Source: an uncultured Planctomycetota bacterium (GTDB taxonomy: Bacteria; Planctomycetota; Planctomycetia; Isosphaerales; Isosphaeraceae). From it: a stretch of DNA of 64,000 nucleotides. Positions within the stretch are counted from its first letter, which is position 1. Each line of letters opens with the position of its first letter. This document shows, piece by piece, positions 60,511 through 64,000 of this stretch. The notes under the pieces are model-generated. The model did no database searches, had not been told where the DNA came from, and saw only the letters and a list, made by a program, of their open reading frames with translations. The DNA is taken from contig CAVTTN010000002.1 in assembly GCA_963737655.1 (NCBI GenBank), positions 2,368,001-2,432,000 of the forward strand, read 5' to 3'. A program made the position numbers and the translations under genes.

Positions 60511-61250
60511 GTGAGAACGCCTCGATTCGCCCTGCTCGGCAGCCTCTTCCTCTCGCTCGGGAGTCTCCCCGTGAACGCACAGGACAAGCCCGAGGCCCGG
60601 ACGATCAGCGTGACCGGGACGGCCAGGGTCTCGGCGGCTCCGAACGTGGCGGAGGTCCACGCCGGCGTCGTCACCCACGGGACCACGGCCCGCGAGGCCC
60701 TGTCGGCCAACAACGAGAAGATGACGGCCCTTCACAATGCCCTGAAGGAGCGAGGGGTCGCCGCCAAGGACATCGAGACCACGCAGTTGAATATCACCCC
60801 CCAATACACCCAGCCTCCGGCGTACCAGCCCGGGCGCCTCCCCGGGAGTTCACGCCGAAGATCATCGGCTACCAGGTCAGCAACACGGTCGAGATCACCG
60901 GGAGGGACCTGGCGAAGCTCGGGCCCTTGCTGGATTCCGTGGTGGACGCCGGGGCCAACCAGATGCACGGCATCAGCTTCCGGATCGAGGGGGCCGAGTC
61001 GCTCCTGAACGACGCGAGGAAGCGCGCCATGGCCGACGCCCGAGCCAAGGCCGAGCTCCTGGCCGGAGAGGCCGGGATGGTCGTCGGCCATCCGATCACG
61101 ATCCGCGAAGAGGGGACGCCGACGGCGAGCAAGCCGATGATGGTCGGCTTCCGGGCCGCCGCGATGACGCCCAACGTCCCGGTCTCGCCCGGAGAGCAGG
61201 AGCTGGCGGTGTCGGTGTACGTGGTCTACGAGCTGAAGACCCCGAAGTGA
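60511..61250 (+). CDS. SIMPL (DUF541) domain protein (frameshift ~60843)
   Basis: Signal peptide, TISVTG.A.V...P, then GYQVSN, GAN..GISF and ARKRAMADARAKAE. Confidence 0.88.
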
Positions 61251-61382
61251 GGCGCCGGCGGAAGAGTGAAGTCCCGGAGGGCCGGCTCCGAATGAAGAAG
61301 AAGGGCGGGCCGGGCCCCTCGGGGAGCCGGCCCGCCCGCTGGACCGTTCCCCCCGACCGAGGCCGCACGGAGGCCCCTCGCC

Positions 61383-61682
61383 ATGGCCGTCCCCCACGAT
61401 CCCCCGACGATCGACATGATCCGCTGGACCTTCTCCGTCGATCCCCGGCGCCGACCGAGCATCGAGGCCCACCTCGCCGACCTCGGCCTGGACGTGTTCG
61501 TCCAGGGCGAGGGGCAATTCCACGTCTCCTGGGACGAGCCCGACCGCGACATGGACGAGCTGATCGTCGAGCTCTGGGACCTCGCCGGAAGCCCGTTCGA
61601 GATCACCCAGGAAGAGTTCCACCGGGTCAGCCTCTCGCTCCTCCAGCACCACGACGACGAGGCCGACGCCGTCGCGGCGTGA
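61383..61682 (+). CDS. Small acidic hypothetical protein
   Basis: GGAGG SD, typical codon usage, 99 aa. Confidence 0.7.
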   Translation: MAVPHDPPTIDMIRWTFSVDPRRRPSIEAHLADLGLDVFVQGEGQFHVSWDEPDRDMDELIVELWDLAGSPFEITQEEFHRVSLSLLQHHDDEADAVAA

Positions 61683-61686
61683 CGTC

Positions 61687-61777
61687 GGTAGGGGATGCAG
61701 AATCGAAAAATGATGTCAGATCAATTTTCGCGGCGAAAATTGATCTGACATCATTTTTCGATTCTGCATCCCCTACC
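61687..61777. repeat. Perfect 44-bp-arm palindrome (family E, copy 2) between convergent genes
   Basis: GGTAGGGGATGCAGAATCGAAAAATGATGTCAGATCAATTTTCG-cgg-reverse complement. The right end contains the TAG stop of the minus-strand gene. Confidence 0.9.
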
Positions 61778-63313
61778 TCCGGAGAGAATACCACCGCATG
61801 TGCTCCATCAGGTCCACGATCCAGGGGTGGCTCCAGGGGTGTCTCAGCGCGTAGCCGACGGAGAAGGCCGAGACCGCCAGGGCGATCAGGCTCAGCCCGC
61901 GATACCACGGCCGGGTTCCCCCGGCTCCAGCCCCGCCGGCAGGACGACCAGCCAGAACGGGATCAGCCAGAACAGCCACCGGAGGCCCTGGGTCGATCCC
62001 CCGTAGTTCCTCGCCTTCGGGTTCCAGTCGTAGAACGCGAGCATGGCGATGGTCAGGAGCAGCGTGAGACCGCCCGCGCGGACCATCCCCGGCGACCGGC
62101 TGAACAGGGCTCGCAAGGCCCCGATCATCGAAAAGGCGAAGATCGGCGAGAGCGAGAACACGCCGTGGTGCCCCACCGTCATGTGGACGAGATAGAGCCA
62201 CTTCGGCTCGGGTTCCTTGTTGAAGTAGTCGAATTCCAGGGGGGTGGCCCAGTAGCTGCCGGCGTATTCATAGGTCTTCGTGCCGAATTCCTCATACACC
62301 GGCTTGAACTGGCCCATCGCGGCGAACTGGGTGAGCAAAAACGCCAGGCACGGCACGATCGCCACCGGGACGAACCAGGCGAGCGTCCGTTTCGGCGACC
62401 GGAACAGCAGCAGCAGGAACAGCAAGATCCCGAACACGGCGGCCGGGAGCTCGTTGCAGGCGCAGAAGGCGCCGAAGAACCCCGAGGCCAGGTAATTCCC
62501 CCGCCCCGCGCCTTCGGGGTCGTCCCAGATCTTCATCGCCGGATAGAGCGCGAAGAAGGCCGAATAGGCCGCGACGGTGTGGTTGTTCAACGTCTGGTCG
62601 AACGAGAGCAAATACGTGCCGAACGCCGCGGCGAACAGGCTGCCCATCCAGGCCCAGTCATTGGCCGCCACGCGGTCGAGCAATCGGGCGAAGAGGATCA
62701 GGAACGCGAGCATCGGCACGATGTTGAACAGGACGACCACCGGCTTGAGGTAGTACACATACGCCGGCCACTTGATCGGCTCCTTGGGCGTCTCGAGGAC
62801 GTTGATGGTCTGGCCGGGGTGTTCGGGGTCGGGCTTCGAGACGTTCCTCTCGTGGCGGGGTTCGAGCCTTTCGAAGTCCAGGGGGATGGCCGTGGCCTTG
62901 CGGACCGGGTAGAGCATCCCGGCGATGATCGTGGGCAGGAGGGGCGGCTTGCTCGAATAGAAGTGCTCGGTCGGCTCCCCTTCCTTCCATTTCCTCGGGG
63001 CGATGGCGTATTCGAACCGGGCGAGAGAGCCGGTCGTGGCCGACGGGGCCTCCAGCTTGTCGGGCTTCCTGACCTTGTCCTGGGTCTTGGCCTGCCACGG
63101 GCAATCGTCGATGGCGTAGGTGCCCCGCTCCAGGAGCGACCAGACGGTGCACCATCGCGAGATGTCATTGGCTTCGAGCTGGGTGGGGGACTTCAGCGCG
63201 ATGCCCAGCGCCTGGGCCGTGGCCGTCCCGATCACCAGGAGCGCGACGACCTGGCGGCTGGAGGAGCGTCCGGCTCGTCCCGAGAGGTCGTGGGAGTCGT
63301 CCAGGGTCTTCAT
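61773..63313 (-). CDS. Polytopic membrane protein, GT-C-like (frameshift ~61920)
   Basis: ANDISRW, FYSSKPP, NNH and GLRW motifs with many TM helices. Coupled (ATGA) to the upstream GT2 gene; the C-terminus is in ORF 61773..62201. Confidence 0.7.
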
Positions 63314-64000
63314 CGGTGGAGGGCCCCTCGCGAGATGGCGTCCGAGGCGATCGAGTCATCCCTGGCGTCGATCGTCTCGGCCACGGTGAACGTTTTGTCC
63401 GGAGTCATGGTGGAATGCGTGACGAGCTCGGCCAGCAGCCCCACCAGGAGGCTCTGGGCCCCGAGGACCATCGCGGCCGACGAGCCGACGACCAGGGGCA
63501 AGGCCCCTCGCCCGCCCCAGATCCACGTGATCAGCAGGGCGATCAGGCCGAGGAGGCCGACGGCCATCAGCCCCAGCCCGAACGAGCCGAGGACGTGCAT
63601 CGGGCTCTGACGAAACCTCGTCAGGAACCGGACCGTCATGAGGTCCAGGAACCCCTTGATGAGTCGGCCAATGCCGTACTTCGAGTGCCCGAACCGCCGA
63701 GGCCGATGGTTCACGACGATCTCGCCGACGCGGAACCCCCGGGCCCCGGCCAGGACCGGCACGAACCGATGGAGCTCCCCGTAGATCGTCACCTCGTCCA
63801 GGACCTCGCGGCGGTACGCCTTGAAGCCGCAGTTGTGGTCGTGGAGTCTCGTCCCGGTCGAGGCGCTCACGGCCCAGTTGAACAGGCGGCTGGGCAAGAC
63901 CTTGTGCCAGGGGTCGTGCCGGGTCTTCTTCCAGCCGGAAACGACGTCGAGGCCGCCGTTCAGGGCGTCGAGGAACCGGGGGATCTCGGCCGGGTCGTCC
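63310..64000 (-). CDS. GT2 family polyprenol-phosphate glycosyltransferase (5' end outside window)
   Basis: DDPAEIPRF...DVVSGWK...RHDP, HDHNCGFKAYR, HRFVP, HRPRRFGHSKY and two C-terminal TM helices. Confidence 0.9.
   Translation of the reverse strand, partial: DDPAEIPRFLDALNGGLDVVSGWKKTRHDPWHKVLPSRLFNWAVSASTGTRLHDHNCGFKAYRREVLDEVTIYGELHRFVPVLAGARGFRVGEIVVNHRPRRFGHSKYGIGRLIKGFLDLMTVRFLTRFRQSPMHVLGSFGLGLMAVGLLGLIALLITWIWGGRGALPLVVGSSAAMVLGAQSLLVGLLAELVTHSTMTPDKTFTVAETIDARDDSIASDAISRGALHR

Noticed and set aside
1..64000. tRNA, rRNA, prophage or integrase
   Set aside because: No cloverleaf, rRNA-like or phage/integrase signatures were recognised.

Overview
High-GC window of a planctomycete chromosome, most likely Isosphaeraceae. 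The evidence is two DUF1559 prepilin-like genes, a DUF4058 gene and three secreted proteins with the 'LExLExR' leader. It is mostly housekeeping and metabolic genes: rbsD, sdhCD-A-B, uvrA, RNase Z, aspS, prmC, fhs, a peptide transporter and S9 peptidase, carbonic anhydrase and glycosyltransferases. About ten single-base frameshifts, including in aspS and sdhB, look like long-read consensus errors. The main points of interest are: (1) a 3562-aa secreted subtilase/adhesin-like protein with Glu at the catalytic His position, divergently paired with a small secreted gene encoding a stand-alone copy of its propeptide; (2) a translationally coupled HEPN (RxxxxH) + BolA-like gene pair inserted between sdhA and sdhB; (3) a fused SdhC-SdhD anchor with an extra linker helix; (4) an internally deleted mini-IS and a full ISKra4-like element in tandem at the same TCGAAA target; (5) an AP2 + J-domain fusion coupled to a sirtuin; (6) at least six families of intergenic palindromic (REP/REPIN-like) elements. 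All family assignments come from motif recognition by eye; no database search was run.
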